Shown here: positions 12,695-24,233 of the stretch, piece by piece | How the letters are laid out: every line of letters begins with the position of its first letter | How positions within the stretch are numbered: position 1 is the stretch's first letter | Assembly (NCBI GenBank): GCA_964035545.1 | Contig: OZ037771.1 | Location: forward strand, 13,887,133 to 13,951,132 | DNA: 64,000 nucleotides | Reading direction: 5' to 3' | DNA from: Bugula neritina | Taxonomy: Eukaryota > Animalia > Bryozoa | Position numbers and translations under genes: made by a program | Notes under the pieces: model-generated | Databases searched by the model: none | Seen by the model: only the letters and a program-made list of their open reading frames with translations | What the model was told of the DNA's origin: nothing

Positions 12695-15203
12695 GCGGGC
12701 ACATATATAAATTTAGAAGCGTCGCGTCTGCTTTTGAGAACTAAGAAATCTGTAGTATTTGCTAATAATATAAATTTTTTACAAACACAAGAAAGTCTGA
12801 TATACTTTACTTTAGTGGATGAGCTACACCTATAGCTTACAATTACTTTACCTATTTCAGAACCATAGCAATACATAAAATATACTAACGTAAAGTTTCC
12901 TCTTTGTTTTCACTGGGAATAATAAAACTTTGCATTACTTTTTCATCTGAGACAAAACTATCAGAGTTATCATCACTTGATGGTGCTGCTGCTGCCTCAG
13001 AAGGGTAACGTTGCACGGGAGGACGGCCAGACACATTTGTTATATGACTACCATTATTAATCCTGTGTAATACAATAACATGTTTATAATACTAAGAAAC
13101 TCACACAAGTTTAAAGTAACTATCCCTGTGAGAAACCCCTGGTGGAAAGGGTTTTTGTTAAATCAGACTAAAGACTTATTCATATGTGACACAGGAGCAA
13201 TTATGACTGGATACTCTTCCTAACATCACCAATGGTCTTTACTGGGGTTTGAACCCATGACTTCGTGCTTACTAGACAAACGCTCTAACCCCTAGACCAC
13301 GGATGCTCCTTCATATCTTTTATACTAAACTATACCAACAAGGGTTTTCTGTGATTTAGAGTTTCTATTTATAACTAGAAAGAAACATATATCATCCAAG
13401 GTTAGATATAAATGCTTAAAAAGTACTGCTGAAGTTGATTTTCTTTCATCTCTCTCATCGTTCTGCTAAACGTCCCGTCTATTTTCAACAGCTCACCATG
13501 TATCTTTTTTATCACAATACCGATTGTAATTGAGTAAATCAGGAATCCCGTACCTGAAGGGGTTAGTAACACACAGTACCATAAATATGTATTCTATTGG
13601 TGGTGAGACAGCTGAGAATAGATAAAAACATCTTCAATGTATAATAAATTACCGCAATTAAGAAAAAATGCTTTAAATTCAGCCACGACTAATTAGTGCA
13701 GATAAAGCCTATCATTAAACATGTTTGTATCTGATAAGTTAAAAAGAATCCATAATGTTGTGTGTATAGTGTCACAGTGTATAGTGTCACGGTGTAGAGT
13801 GTCACAAATCTTTGTTGAAATTCCTCAGCCTGACAACATCATTTAAGAAAGACTATATTGCCTTCGACTAGAACTATTAAAATTATTACATCACAACACA
13901 TATACGGTATACTCATATTTCATTGGCTATAAAAGTACATACTGGCACATCTAACAGCATACATTCTCCAACTAGGTGCAGCAGCTTCCATGCTTGCTGT
14001 CTTCTTCCATATTCCTAGAGAACAAGGAGATTAATCCTTCTAATTGAAGGCGTAATTTACTATCGAAAATGCACACTATTTACACAAATAAAATATACAT
14101 AATACATTTTTTGACAAAAATAAATATTGCTCACTAAACATGAAACAAAGTCTTAATCAACACGCATGATTTTCACTAACTCTTTTAAAAAAATTCAAAA
14201 CCAAATTTAAAAAATAATACATTATCTGGCTTTATCTGTTGAAGCTTATATCAGTATCACGCAATAAATATGTATATTATAATTTTTAAAGATAAACAAA
14301 AAATATCCATGTTTACTAAATAAAGTAAAATGACGTATAAATAAACACTTTCGCAAACATTTCGGCAGATTTTCAAAAATTTCTCAACGTTTAGAAAAAA
14401 TACTATAATTGTAAGATTTATTACTCACCCACTTTTGTAAGATAATATGCCATGTATGACCCAAAACCAACTGCTGGCACCTCTGCAAACAATCTTAACT
14501 ATAAAGCATTTATATATATTTTAAACCAAATTAAGGAAATCACTCCCAAAGCTGTGGGATAGATTATTTATCCAACAGTATTGTTTTAAATAAATATATA
14601 GAGTCATGTCACACAGCAATAACAATGCATTGCACGTAATACATGACGCGTATATTACGAATCTGTGACATTTCGAATATGACATTTGGAAAAGGACGTT
14701 TGGAAAATGAAGAATACTCAATATGGCTTAGTCCAGAGAGGTCGAGCTCAAAAATTGTTATGTTAATGTGAACAATCGTAAATTAGAACTACTAGGTAAC
14801 TAATTCTATTTCCATGATAGTCTAACTGATGCGGCCATTATAACTATTTTTAAAAGCCATTTTGGAATTTACCAGATGCCGGACAACCCCTCAGGACTAG
14901 ACCATGTTGAATATTTTTCATTTTCCAAATGTCTATTTTCCAATTGTTTATTTTCCAATTGCCCATTTTCAAAATAGGTGTTTTCCAATTGTCATTTTCG
15001 AAATGTCGTGTTACCGCGCATTAGCTACTGCAAACACTTGTTTTTAAACCCTGATAACAAATAAGATGAATTATATTGTGAAAATCTAAGATAGATTACT
15101 TACGGAAGCCAAGGAACATTTTTCGTTGAACTTCCTTTATTTTTGCAATTTCCTCAGGTGTGTATTCGAGTCGCCCATTATGTTCAGAGTGAGGATCTGC
15201 CAT
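12016..15203 (-). CDS. OCIAD1: OCIA domain-containing protein 1 (asrij)-like, 7 coding exons
   Basis: ATG 15203 MADPHSEHNGRLEYTPEEIAKIKEVQRKMFLGF; exons ~14430-14482, ~13943-14014, ~13425-13553, ~12889-13062, 12432-12572 (GLTYEDLRQKNR), last exon EKKNKYGDSWSES* (stop ~12016). The TYEELR.KNR and KNKYGD.W motifs match the OCIAD1 C-terminus; the N-terminal domain is divergent. Confidence 0.8.
12652..12691. repeat. (AT)n microsatellite
   Basis: Directly visible. Confidence 0.95.
13097..13308 (-). mobile_element. tRNA(Thr)-derived SINE, copy A
   Basis: Reverse complement has A box TGGTCTAGGGG, TGTCTAGTAA anticodon-arm remnant, B box GGTTCAAACCC, then a body shared with four other copies (CCATTGGTGATGTTAGGAAGAG...CAGGGATAG). 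Confidence 0.88.
14664..15016. mobile_element. Foldback/MITE-like element with long imperfect inverted arms containing ~15-nt subrepeats
   Basis: 14666-14741 is the inverted counterpart of 14888-15008 (GACATTTCGAA..TGACA.TTGGAAAA...TAGTCC.GAG.GG). Confidence 0.7.
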
Positions 15204-15899
15204 TTTTACTACAAAAATCATCTTTTAAAAAAACACTAGAATGATTCTCAAATAAAATAGAATAAAAGTCAATGTTATTTCAAAAGAAAAGCTTAAGGAC
15301 ATAAAAATAAGTATATACAACTCAAAATCAAATTTCAGCTCTTGAAGTTCAACACATAGTGATAGTGATCGTTACACTTACACTTATAGAAAAAAGACAA
15401 AATATTTCATATTTATTTTGATATAACTGATATATTTACATCATTATTATACTAATAGTAATACTAGTAATAGTAATACTAATACTAATAATTTCATGCT
15501 TTTAGTTTTAGTTCATGCTATACAGTATGAGTATAGTATACTAAAAGTAAATGTAAATCTAATTCAGTAATTGTTTATACTTTATAGTCATACACTATTA
15601 CTACTACTACTAGTATTACATTTACTATAGCTTGAGCTTAAGTTATACCAACAGTAAAAGTAAAATTAAAAGTAAAACTAAACTAAAACTAAAAGTAAAA
15701 GTAAAACATAAGCAGTTAAGAGTTATTGTTACCCTTAAAATTATTAATTAATGTTCTCAGCTGAACTCTTATGAAAAATAATCATTACTTTACCTGTAAA
15801 GTCAAAATAATTATCAATGGTAGTACAATTAAAGCTAAACTTATTTGAAAATCAATTATTACAGATTGAAATACTAAGAAAAGAATAAAAATTACCTAC

Positions 15900-16256
15900 A
15901 ATCTGAATCTCAGTATGAGTATCAGTATGAGTATGACATTGCTTTTGCATTTGCACCTGCACTAGTTTGAAGTTGATATGCAGAGAAGACAACTCGGTAA
16001 TTACAATGAAATGTATTGAGAGATATCTTCTGTATATCCGCTAATATTATAGTAGGGAAAACTCCCCGCCGGATATGAGCATCTCTCAGAGCTTTAATTT
16101 TACTGCTGAATACCGACACCGAGGCATTGACAGTGACTATCCTAGTCGCACTCATTGTGGCAAAGAGAAAGTAATCTACAATATTTGTGAGCGATAGCTT
16201 TTGGGACCAACCTTTATGCTGTGGATTATTAAACTCTGCGTATCAGTTGCATAAAT
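15900..16256. promoter_or_regulatory. Putative bidirectional promoter OCIAD1/SUCLA2
   Basis: Divergent ATGs ~1.05 kb apart; locally more CpG and a GC-box-like CCCCGCC at ~16064. Confidence 0.5.
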
Positions 16257-19200
16257 ATGGCTACAAGATATCTTAGATCTTCAGCGGTACTTGCTAAACA
16301 ACTACTGAAATGTGAATCTAAACATAAGGTAAAACTCAAATTGAAACACTAACACTGTTAGTGTTACTATCAAACTGACACACTAGCAGTTTTAGTGTTT
16401 TAGTTTGATAGTGCTTCACTGTTAGTAACAGTGAAGCACTATCCAACTCCGAGACTCACACTTACAGTTAGTGTTACTGACTATCACCATGGATATCACT
16501 ATCAGTATGAGTATCAGTATGACTAACTCAAAGTTTAATTCCAATAGTAATTCTATTACTATTAGTATTACTATTAGTAATGGTAGTACTAGTTATACTA
16601 AATCTAATAGTAATACTAATAGTAATAAATAATAATTATGCTTCTAGTTGATGTTATAGTAGTAATACTAATATAAATAGTAATACTAATAGTAATACTG
16701 ATAGCATAAAATTAAATATCAATATGAATAATAATTCAATTAGAAGATGATTTAACAATAGCTTTAACTAAGTTTTTGTTTATACTATAACTTAAGTTTA
16801 AGTATAACTGTACAAGATTAAGTACTACTACTAGTACTAGTAGTAGTAGTAGTATTTTAAATTAATTAGTTTATCTAGTTCTACTTCATAGACTGAATTA
16901 TTAAATTTAATCCCATTTTGATTTATTTCTAGTTTTACTAAATTTTGTTTGATGATCATTTTGGATCATAATTGGTGTGCATTTTTTATCTGGTTCTACT
17001 TCTAGGCTTTGGGTTTTATCATAATATTTGAATGTAGCGATTTTTTATTTTGAAGTTAGTAACATAATTATGTTAATTAATTTTTATATCACTATCTCTC
17101 AATCAGTACGTAGTAAAATGTAATGTGTTGCTGTAGATAAGTAGGTAACTACAATGGTAGCTTACAGTTTAAATGCCAATCACAATGTGAAAACACTATA
17201 AAAAGTGAATCGGAAAATCAATATCAGTATGGCTAGTCCAATGAAGTCTAGGCAAACTTGATGGTTAGCCGTGTCAACTTCAAGCCATAGCTTTGATAAA
17301 ACTAAAAGAAATTAAAGTGAGTCCGCTCAAGTGCAGCAATACTTTAAGTTGACTCGGTTTTTCATATTTTAAATACGGTACTTGCTGTTAATCAATAAAA
17401 ATTTCAACTCCAAGTCAGTTATTTGAGAAAGTCAGTTTAGTAGCCTTAGCACGTTGGCTACAATCAGTTTATGTACAAGTACTGCAGTCAATAAGTACAC
17501 AAATCACCATGGCTCTGCTACATCGTCCATTTGTATTATATTGATAGAAACTTTCTACTTCCTGCCGTTCCATTATGTATTCACTCATCTTCTTCATATC
17601 CTATCATCATTCAGCATTAAATACATAACCAGTTGCTTTCCTGACATCACAATTTACCTGCACCAACACATGTATTATAGTGGGAAGCTGGTCACATGTC
17701 ACATGCTTGTCACATACTAGCTAGTTGTAGATTTCCCCTTTTGTGAGTTGTTTCTTGCAAAGAGCTTTAGTGTTTGAAGAATTTTGAATATGCTAAAATT
17801 TTAACATAGCAGCTTTAATTCTGGTGACTGGCCTATGAATTAAAAGTCATAAATGTGAGTTTTGGATGCATACTTTATGGAAGCTTTGCTAGTAAATTCT
17901 TAAAGTAAACTGTAAAAGAACTCAGCAGAAACAGGCCATCTCAGCAGATTAAAAGAATAATCACGTGACATTTTGATAAGGAAATATTATTTATCAGTAT
18001 TTGACAAATAGGCTCAATAAACAATATTATACAGATAATGTACTTATCACTAGTATTTTGGTGTGTAGAAGTTAACCATTACTGTATATTATCCAACTTG
18101 TATATACTGTATAGTGTAGATATTGTATATACGTATAGTAGGTATATGTTTATACTTTATATTCAGTTTGTTTGTGTGTGCGTGTATTCTTTATATGTAA
18201 GTATTCTTATGTACTGTATATCTATATGATATATACTATAATATACTCTATATAGTATATCTTATACGTTTATATCCTCTATGTCTATATTGTGTATGTA
18301 AAGACTGGTTGGTTAACCTACTATCTCTAATTCTCAATGATCTCTAATAATACAATAGATTTTAAGACACCGAGCATTGTTATTTAACTTAGATATCCTG
18401 TCAGAGCCGTAACCTCTCTCTACACGAGTGCGACAGCATGGGTCTGCTGAAGTCAGCCGGTATCGCTGTCCCAGAGTTTCGAGTGGCGAGCACCAAGGAA
18501 CAGGCGCTGGAAGTTGCCGAAGAATTGGGTAATTCTAATTTTTTATTATGAAGAAACATTCTCTGGAGTTTCATTCAGTCGAAATTGAAGTTGGTTGATA
18601 CTTTTTCAGTTGCGATTGTATTGGTTTATATTAGAGAAAGATTCCAACGCGGTTAAGGCAACGTACATTTCTGCAAAGGATGTTTTCCTGACAAATCACT
18701 GAAATGTATTTATTTATTTGTTCATGCAGCGCAAAAAGGAAATAAAGATGTGGTTGTGAAAGCCCAGGTTCTAGCTGGTGGCAGAGGTAAAGGTCATTTC
18801 ACTAGCGGACTGAAAGGCGGTGTCAAGGTTGTATATTCGTAAGTTTCTCTAATTGAACCATTTCCTGTCTAAATATAATCAAACTCCTACAGATGTTACT
18901 GTGACTGCTAGTTGTTTAATGCTAGTTGTTGTATTCTGTACATGTCACATCAGTCACATCACATTGTCACGTATGCAGGGCAGCAGAAGCAGCTGACTTA
19001 GCCGATCAGATGATTGGTCACAATCTGATCACAAAGCAGACGGGAGAAGCCGGGAGAATATGTAGTAAGGTGGGTGTGGTCTAGAATACAAGGGTGTGGC
19101 CTAGAATACCTGGGTGTGGCCTAGAATACCTGGGTGTGACCTAGAATAAAAGGGTGTGGCCTAGAATACCTGGGTGTGGCCTAGATTTTGTGGGTGTGGC

Positions 19201-22200
19201 TTAGAATACCACAGCATTATGGTTAATATTGTGCATGTATGCTGCAGTCTAGTTTAAACTGTTCTATCAACAGGGTACAATGCTCTACAAAAATTCTATT
19301 TTAGAATCTAGAGTTAGTCTGTTAGTTTGACTTTTCCCATGCTATGTAGGCTGCAGTTTGACATTTGACTATGTAGTATGTTACAACACGATGTAGTATA
19401 TTAGTCTGTATGTTACAACACGATGTAGTATATTAGTCTGTGTGTTACAACACAGTGTAGTATATTAGTCTGTATGTTACAACACGATGTAGTATATTAG
19501 TCTGTGTGTTACAACACAGTGTAGTATGTTAGTCTGTGTGTTACAACACTATGTAGTGTGTTAGTCTCGATGTTACAACACTATGTAGTATGTTAGTCTG
19601 TGTGTTACAGGTTATGATAGCTGAGAGGAAGTACGTAAGACGAGAGTTTTACTTTGCCATCACCCTAGACAGGAAACACGCTGGTCCCGTACTGATAGCC
19701 AGTTCTCAGGGAGGTCAGTGCGTCTGTCTGTCTACATCTACTTCCTGTTTACTCCCTCTAGTGACGTCTGCTGGTATCCATGTTGGTCTCTCGTTGCAGG
19801 AATGAACATAGAAGACGTGGCAGCTGAGAATCCCTCCGCCATCATAACACAACCCATCGACATAATGGAAGGAGTGACTGATGCCATAGCCGAACGAGTG
19901 GCAGCGTCAGCAGGTTTTTATGAGGACGGTCTAACTCAGGCCGTAGACACTATCAAGAAGTTGTATGATCTCTTCATTAAATACGATGCTACTATGTTAG
20001 AGATTAATCCTATGGCAGAAGATCGGAAAGGAAATGGTGGGTGGAGTTTCTACTACTAATTTATCAGAGAGAGTGTTTAATGTTTGTACTGCAACTTGTT
20101 TGTCTAATTAAGGGATGTAATTCACACAATTCAAAACTACAGTTGAGTGTGTAAATATCTCATAAAGTCTGCTTATGAAATGCTCTATCAATATGACAAA
20201 GGATTTCATTTATACTAAAGGCCTGTGGAGATCTTTTTGTTTGTGATCACTAGAATCATACCTCTGTGTGGTAACCATGGAGACAGTGTCATGTGACCTA
20301 CAGTTTGTTACTGGTTGCTAAGCAGCGTTGTAGCAATACACTGGCAGTCTGAGCGTGTTGTAGTCTTGTGTATGGACTGTAAGATCAACTTTGATGACAA
20401 CACCGAGTTTAGACAGAAGGAAATATTTGCCTTGAAGGACGAGAGTCAGGAAGACGCTCGCGACAGCAAGGCTAACGCTGCCGGCCTGAACTATATCGCT
20501 CTAGACGGCACCATAGGATGTCTGGGTAGGAGTCGTGTGTTTATAAGTGAATTAGAGATTAAGTTCAAACAAGATATTTTAATCAACAATCTTAATGCAT
20601 GCAGTCGTCAGATTTCTAGTGTTTGGGCACTGGTTTTGTTTTACATTTATTTTCTTTGAAAGTATTTTACTTATTATCATTCCAAGCTTTAAGTTGACTT
20701 TACTTTCTGTTATTCAGTCTAATGTCAGAAAAACCAGTATCTCCATTTTGAAGTGTAAAACTAAACTGTATAAAGATGTATTACTCTAGTTGCCGACAAG
20801 CACACCAGACGGTGCATGAATAGAATAATATATTGTGTTTGTGACTACTACTTGTTGTCTTCCCCTGATCACCTCTGTTGCCTTGGTTCTCTCAGTAACT
20901 CCTCCTTTGTCTGCAGTCAATGGGGCGGGTCTAGCCATGTCCACTATGGATATAATCAAGTTACACGGAGGATCCCCAGCTAACTTCTTGGATGTGGGAG
21001 GCGGGGCTACAGCTGAACAAGTTACTACGGCGTTTGAGTTAATCACAAGTGATCCTAATGTAAGTTTCTTCAAGTACATAGTATAAACGTATAGTGTAAG
21101 TACGTAGTGTAAGTACGTAGTGTAAGTATGTAGTGTAAGTATGCAGTGTAGGTATGTAGTATAAACGTATAGTGTAAGTACGTAGTGTAAGTATACAGTG
21201 TAAGTGTCTCATTATTCCTTATAACTTGAGTGTAATGTGTAGGTACATGATGATTTGAGTGTATCTGGAGTGAGTATATATAGTATAAGTTTAAATACAT
21301 CATGTAAGTATATATTGTAAGTACACACTGGAAGTATGTAGTATAAGTGTATAGTGTAAGTACACTATTTAAATGGCTACTTACATAGTATAAGTAAGTA
21401 TAGTAAGACTATCTGTTAGTTATGTTGCACTCACACCAGATGACCCATGATGGGATATAAATACCGCTGCCGTGGTGATGATGCCGTCTATGCTGCTGCT
21501 GCCTCTTTCAATGTCCCTTCCCTCCTGCTGGACCTTGTATTCCACCTCCTTCTGTATTATTCAGAGTATAGAAGTCTAAAGCGTGTGTTGGCTAATCCTT
21601 GCGTCCTCCAGTATCTAATATGTATAATAAGTCACTTCAACTGTAATCTAAATATAACGAATCTGTTGTCATGGGGTGACAACTTCTAGTTTCCTGACCC
21701 TTTCTAATGACTTCTTCGGAATGTTTTTAGGTAAACGCTATATTAGTGAACATATTTGGAGGAATTATGAGGTGTGACATCATTGCACAGGGAATCATAG
21801 ACGCCGCTCAGAAGCTTTCTCTCAAAATCCCCATCGTAGTGAGATTGCGAGGTAGGTTGTTGCTATGCAGTGTTATACAGCTCTGTGTATAGTGTTATAC
21901 AGCTGTGTGTATAGTGTACTGTATATAGTATATTATATAGTATGTATCTTCTATGCTCCAGGTACCAGAGTAGACTGTGTATAGTGTATAGTGTACTGTA
22001 TATAGTATATTATATAGTGTACTGTATATAGTATATTATATAGTATATTATATAGTGTACTGTATATAGTATATTATATAGTGTACTGTATATAGTATAT
22101 TATATAGTATGTATGTGCTATGCTCCAGGTACCAGAGTAGACGATGCCAAGGCACTGATGGCAGCAAGTGACCTCAAAGTTATACCTTGTGATAACCTGG

Positions 22201-22766
22201 ATGAAGCTGCCTCTATGGTCAGTCACACTAATCTTGTATCCACCCCTTCTGCCTTCCCCCATCCCTCCACCCCTTCTGTCTCCCCCTCCCTCCTCTCTCA
22301 CACTATCCACCCCTTCTGTCTCCCCCATTCCTCCTCTCTCACACCATCCACCCCTTTTTTCTCCCCCTCCCTCCTCTCTCACACCATCCACCCTTTCGCA
22401 TCACTCAACTAATTCCCTCACATATTTCTCTATTGTTAAGTGTTTCCTTTCCTGTAGACATATTGGAAGTTACTCTAGTAATTCTGTACTTGAATATTAT
22501 CTTTCCACTTGATGTCATCTTTTCCATAACTGTTTCCTTTACATATTACATTATAATATTATGATGAAAGAAGGGCATTGACGTGATAACATTATATATA
22601 CTACAATATGATATTATATCCAGTGTAGTGTTGACACTACTATACCATCAGTATGCTCGCATATTCAGTCTCACCTGCTCGTCTCTTGCAGATAGTGAAA
22701 CTCTCCAGTATAGTCGAACTGGCCAAAGACTCTAATGTCAAGGTTAATTTCGAGCTGCCAATCTAG
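16257..22766 (+). CDS. SUCLA2: Succinate-CoA ligase [ADP-forming] beta subunit, mitochondrial; 11 coding exons
   Basis: Exons 16257-16328 (presequence-like), 18393-18528 (RNLSLHE), ~18730-18838 ([14 protein letters not shown]), ~18979-19069, 19611-19713, 19800-20036 (LEINP), ~20363-20525, ~20917-21059 ([19 protein letters not shown]), 21731-21851 ([10 protein letters not shown]), 22129-22217, 22692-22766 (VNFELPI*, the ADP-type C-terminal tail). Confidence 0.96.
19070..19210 (+). repeat. 20-nt minisatellite GGGTGTGGCCTAGAATACCT starting at the donor
   Basis: ~7 copies immediately after AAG|gtgggt. Confidence 0.9.
19370..19610 (+). repeat. 33-nt minisatellite whose last copy forms the SUCLA2 acceptor
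   Basis: Unit TGTTACAACACGATGTAGTATATTAGTCTGTA; final copy ends TGTTACAG|GTT. Confidence 0.9.
21070..21400 (+). repeat. Degenerate 13-nt GTAAGTACGTAGT repeat after a GTAAGT donor
   Basis: Multiple GTAAGTA copies downstream of the donor at 21060. Confidence 0.75.
21870..22142 (+). repeat. TATAG-rich repeat including a duplicated acceptor + 14 nt of exon
   Basis: CTATGCTCCAG|GTACCAGAGTAGAC at both 21951-21975 and 22118-22142. Confidence 0.9.
22238..22396 (+). repeat. Pyrimidine-rich TCCACCCC repeat after a donor
   Basis: About five TCCACCCCTT units. Confidence 0.8.
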
Positions 22767-24233
22767 ACTCTCTGCTTTAAAAGGAAGAGTTTAGCTTTTC
22801 ACCGTCACCCACCAAACTGCCAGGCGAATGGAGAACCTGTTTTTAATTTATTCAAGTATCTCACTGAAAACCAGTTTATTGAAAGATCTGACGCTCACTT
22901 CTAGTAGTTTTGGTTACTCAAAGACAGTGTTCTTATGCTAACTTAGATTAAGTTCTTTCAAATCTGGTATTACTATCATGTTTTTACCTTTTTGTTTTGT
23001 GTCTGCGTCAGTATGTATGTGTAGAGCCTAGTCTATCAGCTGAAACATATTTTTTGCTATTATAGGGTTTTAGAGTTGGGAATGTTTTTAATGTAAAAGT
23101 ACACTTTTCTGTATCATGAAACTGCTTGATATGTACTCAGTTTATCTAGCATGGCATCGTATGCACAGGGAATACCGATCCTACCATACAGAAAGGCAAT
23201 AATATCAAGTTCTTTGTACTGATACAGTTTAACTTAAACACATAAGTTTTTGTGATAACATAGAATATAAAATAGTTGTGATAAATTCATTGAATTCTAA
23301 GCTTTTTAGTCATGCAAAAAGTTACTGGGTAAAGAGAATAATTATCCTAAGTCTTGTAAAATCTATTTCATAGTTTTGATTGTTCCCTTCAACCCCAGCA
23401 TTTATCTTAGACATGTGCTTTTTGCCATTTCTGTACAACAAAACCTACTATTGACAATGTATTTCTATAATGTAGCTATTGCCAATAACATCAATAAAAG
23501 TCATGAAGGAGTTATCTTATTTTGATCCAAGTTTGTACACATGTGTATTCATATTTTTACTAGTGTATTAGTTTTCAAATAGGATTTTTCTGCTCAATGT
23601 AAAATGTAGGATAACTACTAAATTCACTGTTAGAAGGTTTGTCCACTAGAGTGAAATCTGAACCTATCAAATATTCCACAAAATATAAAATTTTAGGAGT
23701 TGCATTATCTCTGCCACTCTTGCAAATTGAATACAGTCAAAGTATTGCTAAGAGTTATAATCTCCTTGATAGCCTAGTAATTTATTCAACTTAATCTTTA
23801 GTAACCAAATGTATTTATATAAATAATATTGATAATCAAAGCGATAAGTTGCTAAAATAGTTCCAACACTGTTCCACATACAAAGTATCAGTAAACAATT
23901 TCCTGTACACAAATGGAGCCTAAACAGCAATGTTGCTACCACCATGTCTCACTAAGCTGTGATTCTGAAACCTCTATTTGTGACAGAATACCAGATTTAA
24001 CTCATGGATCAGTTAAATTCAACAATTTTGTTACTATAAACACATACATAAGCCACCCTTCTTGTAAACTATGAAAGTTAGTAAGAACTGTGAGCTATGG
24101 CGTTGCACTGTAATTGTAAAGAAATTTGTTGAGAAGCCTTTACAGTTTAATACCCTTTGAGTATGTATTTATATGTTGGGGAAAATTTTAGGAATTATAG
24201 AGATTGAACTAAACTGGAATGTATGTTCGGTAC

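Noticed and set aside
17454-17720. Possible nested gene in SUCLA2 intron 1
   Set aside because: No ATG-led coherent frame or recognisable motif; the minus frames I read contain stops.
22560-22640. Possible box C/D snoRNA (ATGATGA)
   Set aside because: No terminal CTGA box or closing stem found.
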